A stretch of 64,000 nucleotides of DNA from Chlorokybus atmophyticus. Taxonomy: Eukaryota; Plantae; Mesostigma and Chlorokybus algae. The position numbers were made by a program, and so were the translations under genes. The notes beneath the pieces are model-generated. The model made no database searches, was not told the origin of the DNA, and saw nothing but the letters and a program-made list of their open reading frames with translations. The stretch lies in contig RHPI01002503.1 in NCBI GenBank assembly GCA_009103225.1, forward strand, positions 625,585 through 689,584, read 5' to 3'. Within the stretch, counting starts at the first letter, position 1, and each line of letters begins with the position of its first letter. Positions 1 to 13,531 of the stretch are shown here, piece after piece.

Positions 1-39
1 GCTTACTGTGTATCCACTTTTGAACTGCTGTCTGCACGC

Positions 40-606
40 ATGCAGGCTGGTGCCACAAGTACGTCTGAGGAAGCAATGCGAAGGGCGATGATGCAGGCGC
101 CTCCGCAGCGCAAAGCAGCGGTCAGGGCATTAAGCGCGGGCAAGAAGCAGCTTGAAGCGGTGAAACGCAAGCGCGTCGCTCAGGTCGTCGCCCACGAGCT
201 GGAAGCCGCCGGGCTGCAGCCGGCCGCAGCGGAGGCAGCAAAGGCACCATCATCATGGTCCCGCAAGAAACGGAAGCGCACCAAAGCCGTCATTGCAATG
301 GAGAAGCGCGTCGCAGCATTGTCCTCGGCAGTTGGCTTGGATAGCACCATGTCGCCAGAGAGCTGGTTGCGTCGCGAGGTTGATCGCATCAAAGGCACTG
401 TGGACGTGTTCCTTCAGGCAGTTGGCTTTTGCACAACAGACGGGCCAGACCTGCAGATCAGAGGAGGATCTTGCATTGTCAAATGCATACGCAATGCGTA
501 TGCACCAGCAGCTGCCGCAGTTGTGCCACTTGAGCCTGTGCAGGAGTCATTGGGGCTTGCTGAACAAAACCTGTCTTTGTGCGACGTGCAACAACTTGTA
601 TCTTAA
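40..606 (+). CDS. Hypothetical Ala/Lys/Arg-rich ORF (188 aa), function unknown
   Basis: Uninterrupted ORF in the supplied track; no recognisable domain; may be an exon or TE remnant. Confidence 0.25.
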   Translation: MQAGATSTSEEAMRRAMMQAPPQRKAAVRALSAGKKQLEAVKRKRVAQVVAHELEAAGLQPAAAEAAKAPSSWSRKKRKRTKAVIAMEKRVAALSSAVGLDSTMSPESWLRREVDRIKGTVDVFLQAVGFCTTDGPDLQIRGGSCIVKCIRNAYAPAAAAVVPLEPVQESLGLAEQNLSLCDVQQLVS

Positions 607-1755
607 AACTGCATGTTGGTAAGCTGGTGGATGTGCGGCTGCGCATATGCTGACTTCAAACAGCTGTGGCTGGTAATTGCAACAACTCAAGTTCAATGTG
701 CTGATTCACCACATTCCTCGTTAAGTATGCTTAGTGCGCATGGTTGTAAGGTTTTGCTGCAATCTTGGGTGCATGTGCGCATGTACAAGAGATAGTATGC
801 TGCATTGCGTTATGCGTGCGTGCACAATCCACGTGGGCTACGCTTCATGTATAAAGCTTATTAGTGGAAAGGTGTGCGTGTGCAAAGCAAAGAACACCAT
901 GAACATCATTCAACAATAAAGCACACGCAAGGCAAATCAAAGGGGCCCACAGCCGCGCTAGCTACAGTCAGACTATGCATCGGCGTGCGCTTGCTGTGCG
1001 TGGGTGCACCATCCGTGCGTGGGCTACGCTCATGCATCGGCGTGCGCCCACATGAATTGTAGTACGATCTACCACTACACTGCACCGCACTGCAATCACT
1101 GTACATGTATGCATGTAATCATTGTACATGTAGCCATTTGCAGCTATTTAGTTGCAAGTGTTCATGTATGGCAGGATAAGTTAATACGATTTGAGATGGT
1201 CGTGTGCGCAAACAGCCGGTGAATCGTCATAATACTGATGAATGACATATGTACACACAATGTGCCGTCTTGTACACAAGCAAAAAATGGCCTACACAAC
1301 GCCGACAATGCAACGTTTCATTCCCATTCCATCAATGATTATAAGCAACAAGCAACAACGATTGCAATCAAGAAGTTAATGCGCTCGCAAACCTAATTTG
1401 ATAGGTTTGCGAGCACAGTAAAATAGGTTTGCGAGCTTGATCACGCAGTAATGACATTTACATTGTTAATGTTGTTTGCGGTTGTGGTAGTTCAAGTGGC
1501 CAGTATACCGAACTTTTAAGCTTTTATGCTTGATGCTGCATGCTTTTATGCTTCTTTCTTTGATAACTCTTTCTAATTGTGTAGCAATACATGCAATGAT
1601 GTGATTGTGCCAATACGACATGCATGGCACATGCATCAGCCAAACACAATTGCAAATTGCACTGTATATGATGTCCAATTGTAAAGGCATTCTCATATGT
1701 TCAATGCAAGATAGTGCAGCATCGCAAGCTCAGCAAGTACACGCAGTCATTAACA

Positions 1756-3107
1756 CCAGCAAATCACAAACACCATAGGCCGGGGCACGTAGCTAAGCTA
1801 TGTGCGTGCAACTTTGTGCAACTATGTGCAATTTGGGGCGGGTAGGCGAGGCAGAGCAAGGCACACGGTAGCAAACAGAGAAAGGGTCCTTAACAAAAAG
1901 TCCAGCGTCAAGAGAGCAGTAGGCTTTAGGAAGTGAAGCAGGCATGCAGCAAGGCAAAGCGGAGGTGGGTGGAGATGCGGGTGCAGTGGTGTGCTATGAG
2001 CGGCTAGCAACATCAGCTCCGTAGTGTTAGGGTTGGACGCAGCAACACGGCTGCAGTTTTTCGGCACAACTGTGTAGCGCATGCATTCAGTCATCGGACA
2101 CTTCTATGAGTCAACCCATGCATGCAAGCAAGTCCGAAGCAACTGTGCACATTGTACCGCAGATGACAATGCATTAGATTTGGTACCACGCACAAGCAAT
2201 ATCGCAACCAGTATCACAACCACATGACCACTAGCTACTACACATAACTTCATGCCCATGATTATAAGCACCAACCAAGCACACAGATTGCATGTACACA
2301 CAACATGCAACAGCGTTCAATAACTGCCGGGCTATGCATACAAGCTAGCTACGTAGCTAGCTTGTATGCATGGTAGCTACAACATGCAACAACGTTTAAT
2401 AACTGCCGTGCTATGCATACAAGCTAGCTACGTAGCTAGCTTGTATGCATAGCACGGCAGTTATTAAACGCTGTTGCATGTTGTGTGTACATGCAATCTG
2501 TGTGCTTGTGGTTGGTGCTCATAATCATGGGCATGAAGTTATGTGTAGTAGCTAGTGGTCATGTGCTTGTGATACTGGTTGCGATATTGCTTGTGCGTGG
2601 TACCAAATCTAATGCATTGTCATCTGCGATACAATGTGCTTTGTTGCTTCAGACTTGCTTGCTTGCATGAGTTGACTCATAGAAGTGTCCGTTGACTGAA
2701 TGCCTGCGCTACACGGTTGTGCCGAAAAACTGCAGCCGTGTTGCTGCGTCCAACCCTAACACTACGGAGCTGGTGTTGCTAGCCGCTCATAGCACACCAC
2801 TGCACCCGCATCTCCACCCCACTCCGCTTTGCCTTGCTGGCTTCCCTTCCTAAAGCCTACTGCTCTCTTGACGCTGTACTTCTTGTTAAGGACCCTTTCT
2901 CTGTTTGCTACCGTGTGCCTTGCTCTGCATCGCCTACCCGCCCCAAATTGCACATAGTTGCACATAGTTGCACGCACATAGCTTAGCTACGTGCCCCGGC
3001 CTATGGTGTTTTTGATTTGCTGGCATAGCACGGTAGTTATTAAACGTTGCTGCATGTTGTAGCTACCATGCATACAAGCTAGCTACGTAGCTAGCTTGTA
3101 TGCATGG
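1756..3107. repeat. Foldback (long inverted repeat) with three perfect 38-bp palindromic cores
   Basis: Arm 1756-~2333 is the near-identical reverse complement of ~2451-3023. The self-complementary core ATGCATACAAGCTAGCTACGTAGCTAGCTTGTATGCAT occurs at 2334-2371, 2413-2450 and 3068-3105; a perfect palindrome spans 2393-2470. Confidence 0.9.
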
Positions 3108-3864
3108 TAAAGGTAGGTACCTATCTTTACTACAGCCCATACCCCGTTAGGTCTGCATAAAGGCAAACTCAATTACCCGCCACATTGCCAAATATGTATC
3201 CCCGCACTTGACTGTATGGATGCGGTTTTGCTATATTTATTTACCAAACACATTGTGGCACTCATGCCGACTTGGCATTGCCAACCACTGTGCGTCACAT
3301 GCCTGGCTATCAACAAATAAAGCTGCGCTATCCTGGATGCTGTCACTTATCCAGCAGTCGCTGGGAGTGTCATCAAGAGTGCGTGTAATGTTGTGGGTGG
3401 TAGGGGACGGACCAGAGGTCGCCCCTGCAGAAATTCGGTAACAGCCCCAGAGGAGCCAGATACCGGGGTTTTGGAAATAGTTTTCAACCAGCAATTGTCG
3501 CGTCTCGGTTTTACCTCATGAACTGCGACATTGCCCCAAGCGCAAAGATGCCATCCGAGTGTCACATCCCAGAATATGTACCCCGCTTTTTCGCTGTGTC
3601 TGCAGTCGAACACTGGGCCGCATACACAACGTCAGATCGTCCGATCTCACATGCTTGATGATCTTACGGCTTTGAAGAGAGAACAACAGCACGTGAGCTT
3701 GGGGTCCTTGGCGCTGGCGTTGGCAGCGGCGGTGCCAAGGTGGCTGTACGGCCTCGGAAACTCGCACAGCGGCCTAGGCCTGGGCTTCATACAGCGCGTC
3801 AGCTCTCGCTTGTGATGAAGCAACTGGGCGGGTGGCAGGCAAGGGGGGCGGGATGTAAGCAACC

Positions 3865-4287
3865 ATGAGCAAGCATGCAGCTATGAGACCAGCAGCGGGA
3901 GCAACTGAGGCGACCAAGGCAAGCCCTTGCCCAGAGTTTGATCCCTCAGTGGACATTTTCAGCCGTGCGCGGGTGCTGATGGCTGAGCGAGAGAGGTGCA
4001 AGCAGCAGGAGGCTCGGGAAAGCAAAGGAAAAGGCATTGCTATGGACGGTCCGCCGGTAGCAGCAGCCGGATACGCCAGCCCCAAGCAACAGGTAACATG
4101 CATGTGTGTGCCTGTGTGGTGTGGGGTTTTGGCTGCTTGCTGCAAGTAACTGCTAAAGTGGCCTCTTGAGGCACTTTTGCATACGACAGGCTCGCGCAGA
4201 CGTCGACAAGTCTGCAATCCTATCGCGTGCGCAGCAGTTCATGCAGACCAAGAGGTCTCTGCATGTGTACGGCACAAGCATAGCACA
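3865..4287 (+). CDS. Possible spliced hypothetical protein (at least 2 exons)
   Basis: ORF 3865-~4092 ends at CAG|GTAAC; reading resumes after ACAG| at ~4189 (ARADVDKSAILSRAQQFMQ...) and ends at CAG|GTATGT; no domain recognised. Confidence 0.25.
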
Positions 4288-5697
4288 GGTATGTGTGATA
4301 CAATCATTGATGTCGCGATCAGCTGTATATAATGCTACCCATCGTCCAACGCATGCAAGATGCCTACCAGAAGACTCACTCGCCTGTTGCCTCTGTTGTT
4401 GAAGAGTGACCCTTTCGATAAATAAGGCAAAGGGCGCATGGATTGGCTTGTTGCTTGGCGGCAACCAGGGAGACAGTGGGCGCGTTTTTGTCTACACCAC
4501 GAACGCTGTGTGATACGTAATATGTGATTCCGTGACTGCGTGCGAGTGCTTCCTTGATGGAAACAATGTTATGTTTGGTTGTGGACGCAGAGAGTAGCAG
4601 GTAGCAGGTGGACTATCAGCATAATAAGAGGGCAAAGCATGGCATTCTGTACGTCTGATTCTACGTGACACTCGCCTGGGTCCGTGCATGTGGGAAAACA
4701 AGCCACGCCTTGGGCCTTGACTCTATCGGTAGGAGTACTCGGAAGCCTCCAGTGGTGCTGACACTGTGTGTGCGAGCCACACAAATACCCAAATATTACC
4801 AGCAGCCCTTTGTTTACAGCTGGCGAAGGGACTCTCTAGTAGCCCAGCAGGCTGCTAAGTTGTTTCGCTATTGGTCCCTGTAGTCCCTGTAGTCCCCTGT
4901 AGTCCCTGCAGCTGGGAGTCTGCACCAATACAGAGGAGTTGGGAGGTTGTGTGCGTGGAGGTTGGCAGGCAGGCAGGCAGGCAGAACCCATGGGCTGCTT
5001 GTGTGATGCATGCAACTAGCTCAAGGACTGTGCCTCACATGCTCACCAAACTGTTCGATACATGGCAGCACACACGCGCTCACACCACAGGCCACAAACC
5101 CACACTATACCGACCCACTAGAGGGCGAAGCTAGGGGCCTGATGCGACTCGGTGCTTGCGCTGACAGCGGCAGACTGATGACAACAAGCTGCATGGGTGG
5201 AGGAAGTGCCACATGTTGTTCTGATTTTGCACTTGGTGGTGTTGGTTCTCATAGCTGTGCTTTCCTTGGCACGCACACAGATGTATACAAGCAGTAGTAT
5301 GCTACAGCGATCACATGGCCAGCAGGGGCTATGATTGGCCCATACTGTCACAGTGTACAAAAACGGTGTTTATACATGACAAATTCAGCAATACAAGCGC
5401 ATATGCTAATTCTTTGCTTTGCTGATTCTTTGTACTGAAAACGCACCGTGACAAACAATTGTTTTTACCACTGTTTCACGCATCAGACTAAGCCGAACAC
5501 AGTGCAGACCTTGCATGCACGCATGATGCCAGGTGCACCCCTGCACGCCACTAAGACAAGCACCATGGGACCCAATCATGCTCCGAATATGCATTCAGCG
5601 ACACAACAATGCTTACTGTTGCTTACAACGCTAAAATGCTTGAAAGCGGTCAGCGCATGCCAACGTGCAGATGCAACGGTTGACCATGACGCTCATC

Positions 5698-8600
5698 CTA
5701 CTTCTTCAGAGGTGCATGGGAAGTTTTCAACTGGGTCTGCAGTAACAACAAGGGAGCCAGACAGTCAAGACATGGAGTTACGTCCAACTAACAGTGGCAG
5801 CAGCACACATAGCTGCACGTACCGCGATGAAGTCAAATGCATCCGGCTTCTTTGGCGTAGGAGGCAGCTCGACACCCGCTCGTGCCCCCACCACACCAGG
5901 AACGCTGTCTGGTACAAGCATGTCACCCCAGAATGGCGCTTGCGGGGGACGAGGGAATGGAGGTGCATACTGGTTCCCATACATTTGGGGGTGGGTGCCT
6001 GGGTACTGCGGTGGTGCATACTGTGGCATCATGCCGGGATAAACGGGCGCTGCGTACTGCATGCCTGGGTATTGAGGATATGGCCCTTGGTGAGAAAACC
6101 CTTGCTGAGGCATCATGCCTTGATACTGCCCGGGTGGCATGCCATAGGGCATCATGTGTGGTCTTTGCTGCTGGGCTGGCATTGGGCCTGATGGAACGTG
6201 CATTGGATGCAAGGATGCAGCGGGGCCCATGCCTGCTGATGCGTTGCTGGTCGCCACTCTGCTCGAGCTCAATCCCATGAGATCAACTAGTGGGTTGTTT
6301 GCATTGCTCGAGCCGCTGGCTTGCAATAAGACTGGCCCGTCGCCTACCGACAATGAGCTGAACAAGTCTTCGACAGAATCGCCTCGGGCTGCTGATGGTG
6401 CCGCAGCTCTGTCACTCACACTCAAGCCATCAAACAAGCTGCCAGAGGTTGATGTAGGGCCTCCTGGACTGCCTAGCAGGTTAGGGGCGGATGCTGATGT
6501 TGTCGGTGCTTCTGTTACCGAAGCTCCAGGTGCAACACTGAGCCCTGTGAATAAGTCGTCTGTTTGTATTGAAGGCTCACTGACTTCAAAATCGCCATTG
6601 AAGTCCAGAAGGTCAACTTGTGGGGCTTGTACACTGGGTGCTGCAGCAGTGTCGCTGTAGTCTGAATCACCATCTTGCAGAAGTGGCAACAACTGTCGCA
6701 CACTCTATTAGTACTGGCAGTAAAACTAGAAGAACAGTATGTAGCACTAGCAGGTAAAGGTGATTATGTGCTGGCTAATGGAAGGGGGTAACATGGCAGC
6801 TTGTTCCAACAAGGCCCTGACCTTCTTGGCCTTGTCTCGCACAGAAGCATGAGGTGATTCTGTACATGCAATCAAAGCAGCTGGCGAATCTCGAATATAC
6901 AGCAGGATGTCCTGAGTGCTGTGGCTGTCCCCATGCCGAGCCACCGCTTCTACGACGCAAAGAGCGCGGAGTCGTACCTGGTGATGTCCAATCACTGAGG
7001 TGCTTGTGGTCATGCAGCAGGCAGAGTTGCATGCAGACAGACGCTGAACACACGCTGCTGCACAAGCTATGATGTGAAAAGACATTCTGGCGATCGTAGT
7101 AGACTTGTTGTTGACGGCATCATTACCTGCCAGTTACTAGATTCCAATTTGGACTGCAATTCGCTGGCAAGGGCCGCCCCATCCAAGGTGGCTGCCGTCT
7201 GCAGAAAACTTCTCAACGCTTCCTGGCTAGGCTGTGCACGCACACCGCCAGGTGCTGTGATGGTCGTCACCAACCTGGCCTCCTCAACTCCAGGCTCAAT
7301 TCCAGCAGCTACAGCTGAGGTGCTGACCCCACCATGTTGCTGCTTAGGAGAGTACTGTGGACTACCAGCGCCATACAGCTGGTCTGTTGTACTCCCTCTC
7401 ACACTGTTGTGACTTGAATCTCCTCCATTCGCTGCACCCCAGCTTGGCCACTGTCTGCTTGTGGTTGCGCCACTCCTGCATGTATAATCCTTCAAACACG
7501 ACTACACAAAGCACATATGTACCACAAGTGCTCAACTGCTCTTAAATCCTGACTCGCACCAACTGTTGAACCACATTGTCAAATATTGTATAACATCATG
7601 CAATGTTGTAGTCAAATTCCCGAAGAAATCTGACCGCAACAGTGAATCACACATGTGCCAGGACAGGTTGATGAAACTTCATCAGCATAAAAGCCTCGGC
7701 ATACCTGCTGCTAGTAGATGCTGGCCGATCATTATCAAACCGAGTGTTGCCAAAACCAATCATGCCACTCGACTTTGAGTCTGGGCCTTGGTAGCTGCTT
7801 GTATTCTTGGGACTGGCACCATATTCTGAGCTGCCAAAGCCTTGTATGCGCCCGCGTGCAACATTGCTACTCTGCGCTGTACTTTGAGCTGGCTCTGAAT
7901 CAAACATGGCCTTCACAGCTTCCTGCGCTGCCTCCCGTACGGCTTTATTCGGGGCATCTCCTCGAAGCTCATCCTGAGCACGACAACCTCAGTGACCAGG
8001 CAACCCATGCATAGCTCGACATGCACATTGCACTAACCTGTACTCCTTTGTAGTGTACCAGGGCACGAACAGCACCAGCATGTCGCTGCATTTCCCGCCT
8101 AAAAGTAGGGTCTCCCCTTTGACATACATACCTTATAACTCGTAATGCCTGCAGCAGCAAGACCCATAAATTCGTTGTTGTTGTTTTGTTGCTTGTATTG
8201 TCGCTGTTTTGGTTGATGTTGTTGTTAATGTTGATGTTGTACTCTATGTTTTAAGTTGTAATCTGTGTTCATCTTAACTGCTGGTATGGCAAGCAATATC
8301 ACAACACTCTACAACTGCTTGAAACTGGTCCAGCTTAACATGCCAATGTTAGACAGCTACCGCATAACAATAGTCGAAATGAATCACTCTATCATGCTAC
8401 ACACAAACCCGTTCTCCAACGGTTGCCAATGCCAAGTCAACAAGCTGATTGCAACAGCACAACAGCCCCCTCTGAATCGAGTCAGGCTACGTCAGCGTTC
8501 AACGCCAATCCACCGACGCACCATCTCCGACAGGCAGTCACAAACAAGCATGATCAAAAATTGCTGCAAGGTGTGGCATGCCTCGCTTCGCGCAGCTGAT

Positions 8601-8809
8601 ACCTTTTGCTTGACGAAAGGAGACTTGTTATCAATACGTTTGTTGATGTGATCCTGCAGGTCGCGGATAATCTCTAGAGAAGCGCCCCGCGTGAGCTCGC
8701 AGATCTCGTTCATCGCATACACGGGAGCGACGTCGTCATTGTTGGCTGTGGCCTGATCTACCAACCGATGGCGCTTGAACGCATCTACGGCGTCCTTAGC
8801 CGCCTGCAT
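5698..8809 (-). CDS. Tepsin / MTV1-like ENTH+VHS protein (AP-4 accessory), multi-exon
   Basis: N-terminal ENTH-like exons (VDQATANNDDVAPVYAMNEI...KSPFVKQK|ALRVIRYVC...HYKGVQ|DELRGDAPNKAVRE); second tepsin domain (TAPGGVRAQP...SKLESSNWQ|VRLRALCVVEA); DLL/DLF motifs; P/Q/Y-rich tail; C-terminal DAFDFI; canonical GT-AG introns; TAG stop at 5698-5700. Confidence 0.85.
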
Positions 8810-10372
8810 AGTGTGCCCACAGCCAGCCGCCCAAAACGGAAAAGCGTAACACGGCAAAATCTACAACCAGCACAACCACTACAGCTGTAGCAGCACTACC
8901 GGCAGAGCAGCGGTAGCGCCCTGGCAGCCGGTACTCTAACCACCCGCAGCTCACACCTCATGACCGACACATTCTCAGCTGCAGGCTAAACTTGCTTTAT
9001 TATAGTACAGCTTGATCACCAGAGCCACCGTCCTCAGCCACAGGGCTGTCGCCACCGCCACCACTAACTCCGCCACCGCCTCCCCCGCCCGTCCGCTCAA
9101 GCGAAGCTGCCAGCTGGCAGGCATGCCGCTTTCTGTGTCAGCCCAACTGTGCAAAGCAAGCACTTGCCAAGCAGCGATCCTTGTGCGGAATGACGCACAA
9201 GACGCACAAGGCGCACTGAAGATCTAACGTGGCTGCCTGACAGCTCAGGATCTCACCTGTGTGTGTGCTTGCTGGCGGTGGCGGCGGGGGGGTCGGTGTT
9301 GTTGGTGAGGCTGACTGCGGCTGGTACCAGTGTTGCCTGGTGATAGGAGGTGGCTGGAGGGAGCGCACGGTAGCGACAGCTTGAGGTGGTGCTGGTCACA
9401 GTGTCACGGGAGTTCTGCATGCACAAGAGCAACTTGTATGCCATGTCCGGCTGCACTGGTCTAAGTGTTCTAGTTGCAACTAGACCTATCAGCTTGAATC
9501 AACTGCGCTTGTAGTGACAAGTAGTTTTGATGCCTAGCGTGCTGTGGTGGGTGCTTAGTGCACTCGTCACCTTGTACAAGTACCAGCTGGACACAGCTAT
9601 CATGTCTGCACAGCTTCTGTCACTTGGCGCTGCGTGTCCAAGGGTGTCCGCCTCGCTGTTGGTCACTTGTGTCACCCAGTAGTTTTCATATGACGTCCAG
9701 CTCAAGCACGCTGCTTGCGTCGCTACTGGAAACCTTCCTAGCACTCAGTGGAGTAAGCATTGATAGCACGTGTTGTCTGTTGCAATGGTAGGCTTGCACC
9801 CTGGTGCTGTACAACATAAGGTAGTGTAAAAGGTGTTTACATCATGTTGGTAAGCTGCATACAGTGAGCCTTGTTGCTGATGCTGTCGTTGTTCGGCCTG
9901 GCAGTTGATTTAGAAGAGGCCATGGCGTCCACACTCATGGCATCAACAGTTGCCGGCCTGTGCGCAGCACCGCTTCGGTTGACACACAGCAGGCCAGTTA
10001 GAACACAGAACACTGCAGCCTGCAAACCAGCTTGCAGGTTGCAGACGCTGCGCAACCATGCGAGCAACCACACTCAGCACAGGCTACCTTCCGGCACCTT
10101 TGTTGGTGAGTTCCACCTCTTGATATGCCGTTCAAAACATCACATTGTCCCAGGCATAGACTTTTAGGCATCGTTGAAGTAGTTGAGCACTAATGTACCA
10201 GGAGCCACATTCACACAGCTAACTCTCACACATTCAGCATTCAAGCGAGGCACAAGATTGCGCTTCTCACCTACCTGCTTGTTGCGCCTGTTGCATGCGG
10301 CGCAACCAACACACCAGCATGTGCAGGCGTGTATGGTTGAGGTCTCCTGCAGAGCCTTGACGCATGCCCTTG

Positions 10373-11602
10373 ATGGCATCAAGTAACTTTACCCTAGACT
10401 CTTCAATGGAAGGCTGCGTTTGCACCCATGTGTTGACTGCTGTGCCTTCTCAGGACAAGCTCCGCTGTTAGCAAAGCAGCCTCAACAGCAAGTCCGTCGA
10501 GGATCTCCGCAAACGGTTTATGCCAAGAAGGGTGAAGATTATGTGGAAGTCCCTGATCGCCTAGTGTCGTCAGTTGCATACCTGCTTCCATTCTTTGACG
10601 GCATACGCTATGGTGAGTTGCCATGCATGCATGTAGTGCTGTCCACCTGTGTCAGTTAGCAACAGATAGCATTGCGCCAGCAGCCGTGCCTTTGTTGTGT
10701 TCACTATCATATATAGCTTCTACACCAATGTCACTACATGGCACTGCAGTGGTCAAGCCATTCACCTTACTGTGGTGTTAAATAGGTCGCTTCTTCTTTC
10801 AGCAAGTCCCTGCTGCTGAAGTGGCCCTGACACCGTTGAAACCGTTTCTTGGGTTCTACTTCACCTTCCCCTTTGCCAGCCTTATTGCCTTTCTGGCGTT
10901 GTACTACACAGGTGCGCACATGGTGCTGGCTAGGGACTGCGTTCTGATGTGCTGTGTGCTACTATTGCTTGTGCCTTGTTACTCACGGTCTTACTTTTCT
11001 GTTATGACATTGGTCCAGTTGTGCAAAATCAGCGCTACAGTCGCTATGTCCGCTTCAACACACTGCAAGCCATCTTGGTGGACATCCTTCTTTTGTAAGT
11101 TGACTTCGTGCATTGTGCAAGTTGGAAGTTGCGTCCAAGTCATTACTGGGCAGTCAGACACCTTGGCAGCAACTGCCCGCGACTGATATTCGCTTGCCTT
11201 GTGATCTACAGCTTCCCATCACTGATTGACAGCGTCTTCAAACCTACGGACGGCCTTTCACTGCAGGTGCGTGACCCTGGTTTTCCAGAATAGTCATTTT
11301 CCATGTGTGCCTGCCCCGCACCACATGTCAATTTATTATTATTGCTGTATGCCTCTGAGTTGTGTATGCACGCAGATCTACATCTCATTCTACAACACCG
11401 TCTTCTTCTTCATCTTCGCCTGCTTTTTGCTTGGAGTTTCTTCATGCCTAGCTGGCAGGGTAAGCACATCTTGCCCAGCGTATTCTGGCTTCCGCCAAGC
11501 TGTCTCACGAATGGTTATGCACAGCATCAACATGTTCTTGTGTTGCAGGTGCCCCGACTACCACTGGTTGCAGATGCAGCAGATAACCAAGTGCCATTCT
11601 AG
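10373..11602 (+). CDS. Tic20-family (TIC20-II/V, Ycf60-like) chloroplast inner-envelope protein, ~7 exons
   Basis: Spliced exons give PDRLVSSVAYLLPFFDGIRYG, FASLIAFLALY, RYVRFNTLQAILVDILL, NTVFFFIFACFLLGV and PRLPLVADAADNQVPF*, typical of the Tic20 family. Start codon is inferred. Confidence 0.88.
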
Positions 11603-13029
11603 TTTCATTGTTAAGGCTTGAAGTGCATTGCTGACTTTGCTTGGATGTGGTAGCCTACTGTGCTTGGAAAAGATTGTTTGTCAAGTTGAGCACATATGGA
11701 CCACATTTGCTAAGTTGAAACTTACTACCAAAGTGCGTTCTACACATGGCCGCAGCAACTCAGGGAGTTTGCTGTGCATGCCAAAGTCTACGGCCTTCGT
11801 ACGGCTGACGAACCCTAAGTATGCAGTGGCAAAGGCAGCTGCGACAGCAGTTATTATGATGGCGGAGGTTGGGAGCGGTGGCGGGGGGAGACTGCTGGTC
11901 ATTGTGGTCGTCAACGTGGTTCTACTCAAGGCTGACTCTACTGGCAGGTAATGCATGCTTGCAAACTGACAGGGTTGGGCAGTAGAGTAGTGAAGTAAGT
12001 AGTAGGTAGTGTGCACCTAGCCCGGTGGTCGTGATAGAGGTGAGTGTGGTAGTGGTTAACTGTCCATGCATGTGTCGTGCATGTTGCATACATCACGTGC
12101 ATATTCTGTGCACATGCAGCAGCTCAGCAGTCGACATGGCATGGATGCGTTGTTGGTGATGAATATATTTTCAGTGCCGTTGCGGTCGCGTTACTGTCTT
12201 TATGCAATCGAGTGTCCAACTGTAAGATAGTGTCTAGATGATTGGTGCTACGCAATAATGCAAGCACTAGCAAACGGCGTACAGAATATGAAAGATTGTA
12301 TTAAGCAATAGCAGCAAGCAAGTCACAGCAAGCAAACAGAATGGTCTGGCCCGGGCCCTAACCAGCTGACATTCATCACAACCATGCAAACACTTTAACA
12401 ACACAAGGCAGAAGGGTAGCAGGCAGTAGCTCAACAAAAACCATTTAAAAACGATGCTTATTAATTACAGACGTACAGTGGGTGCGGGTCATGTCCATGG
12501 CTATGCCTAAGCTCACACGTCACAGCAACAACGTCCAGCACAGGGCCACGCAACAGCGCAGCACACTAGCACGCGCATGCAACTACACGTGCCCTGCAGC
12601 ACCTGCGAGGACCGCATCCTCCTCCGCCATCGGGGGCACGGTCTGTAGCGGCGCCCATCCCGGCACCGCCGCCACAGCAGCAGGCAGGCGAAGCAGCAGC
12701 CACACCCCGCATACCTGCCAAGCAGAGCCCCCGCTTAGCAACTGCCAAGCGGGGGCAATGCAAACTGTGGCGGCGCCGCACTTGTAATCTTAAATTGGCT
12801 GCGAAGCACCTGCGAAATAGCTGCAATCGGCTTCCAAGTTTGCTGGTCATGACTGCAGGCATAACACCACCGACAAACGGACTTGAACAATACATATAAC
12901 AGCGGGCATTCTCATGCTCCCCGCATCCAAGGCACCTTGTGGACAATCTCATGATACAAGTGCTTTGCGGACAACCCATACAAACTACCAGTGCGAAACA
13001 TACGTGCACGCAGCTTGGCTAGAAGACAA

Positions 13030-13374
13030 CGGTAGCTATACCCTTGTACTGTCATGTCGTGCAGTTACCCTTTATTCCATCCCCTCGCCGCCAAGACGCA
13101 CGGCACCCTAGGTCAGAGTTTTCACGATGTCATCGACATGTGCGCTAGGAGGGCGGTGGATGCGCGTGACTTGCCCTTGCGCAGGCTATCGGGCTACTTG
13201 GCTCTGTACAGGCAGCGTGTGGCTTGCGCGCTGCAGCGCGCTCAGGGCATCACCATCCTGGAGCGTGGGGCGGCGGATCGTGGCGGCCATACCAGGCTGG
13301 GGTCCACTCCAAACGGCAGCGCCAATGTCGGAATCGGACGTCGTGCTGGCGGCTGCAGCCGTGTAGATGTGTAG
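13030..13374 (+). mobile_element. Degenerate 3' fragment of a non-LTR retrotransposon with a restriction-like endonuclease (CRE-clade-like)
   Basis: FHPLAAKTHGTLG...YRQRVACALQRAQGITI resembles the F.PLA.ET.G.LG...R..VALQR.NA..I C-terminus of RLE-type LINEs; in-frame stop upstream; no RT seen. Confidence 0.45.
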
Positions 13375-13531
13375 GCGTGCTGGCGTGCGTGTGAGTTTGC
13401 TGGTGCAGTGTGATAGGCATGGCTGACAATGCGTAGCTTTGTATAACAATGTTGCTGTACTAGTAAATTTCCCCAATTACCCAGCCATGCTCGTAACAGA
13501 ATTAGATATGGACATAAGTGCTTAATACGTG

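Noticed and set aside
3237-3815. Chain of overlapping - strand ORFs that might be one frameshifted gene next to the foldback
   Set aside because: No recognisable motif (no RuvC/TnpB, HUH or DDE pattern); cannot be supported without a profile search.
11681-12016. Small ORF with one hydrophobic segment, convergent with Tic20
   Set aside because: No family motif or clear splice structure; may be antisense UTR sequence.
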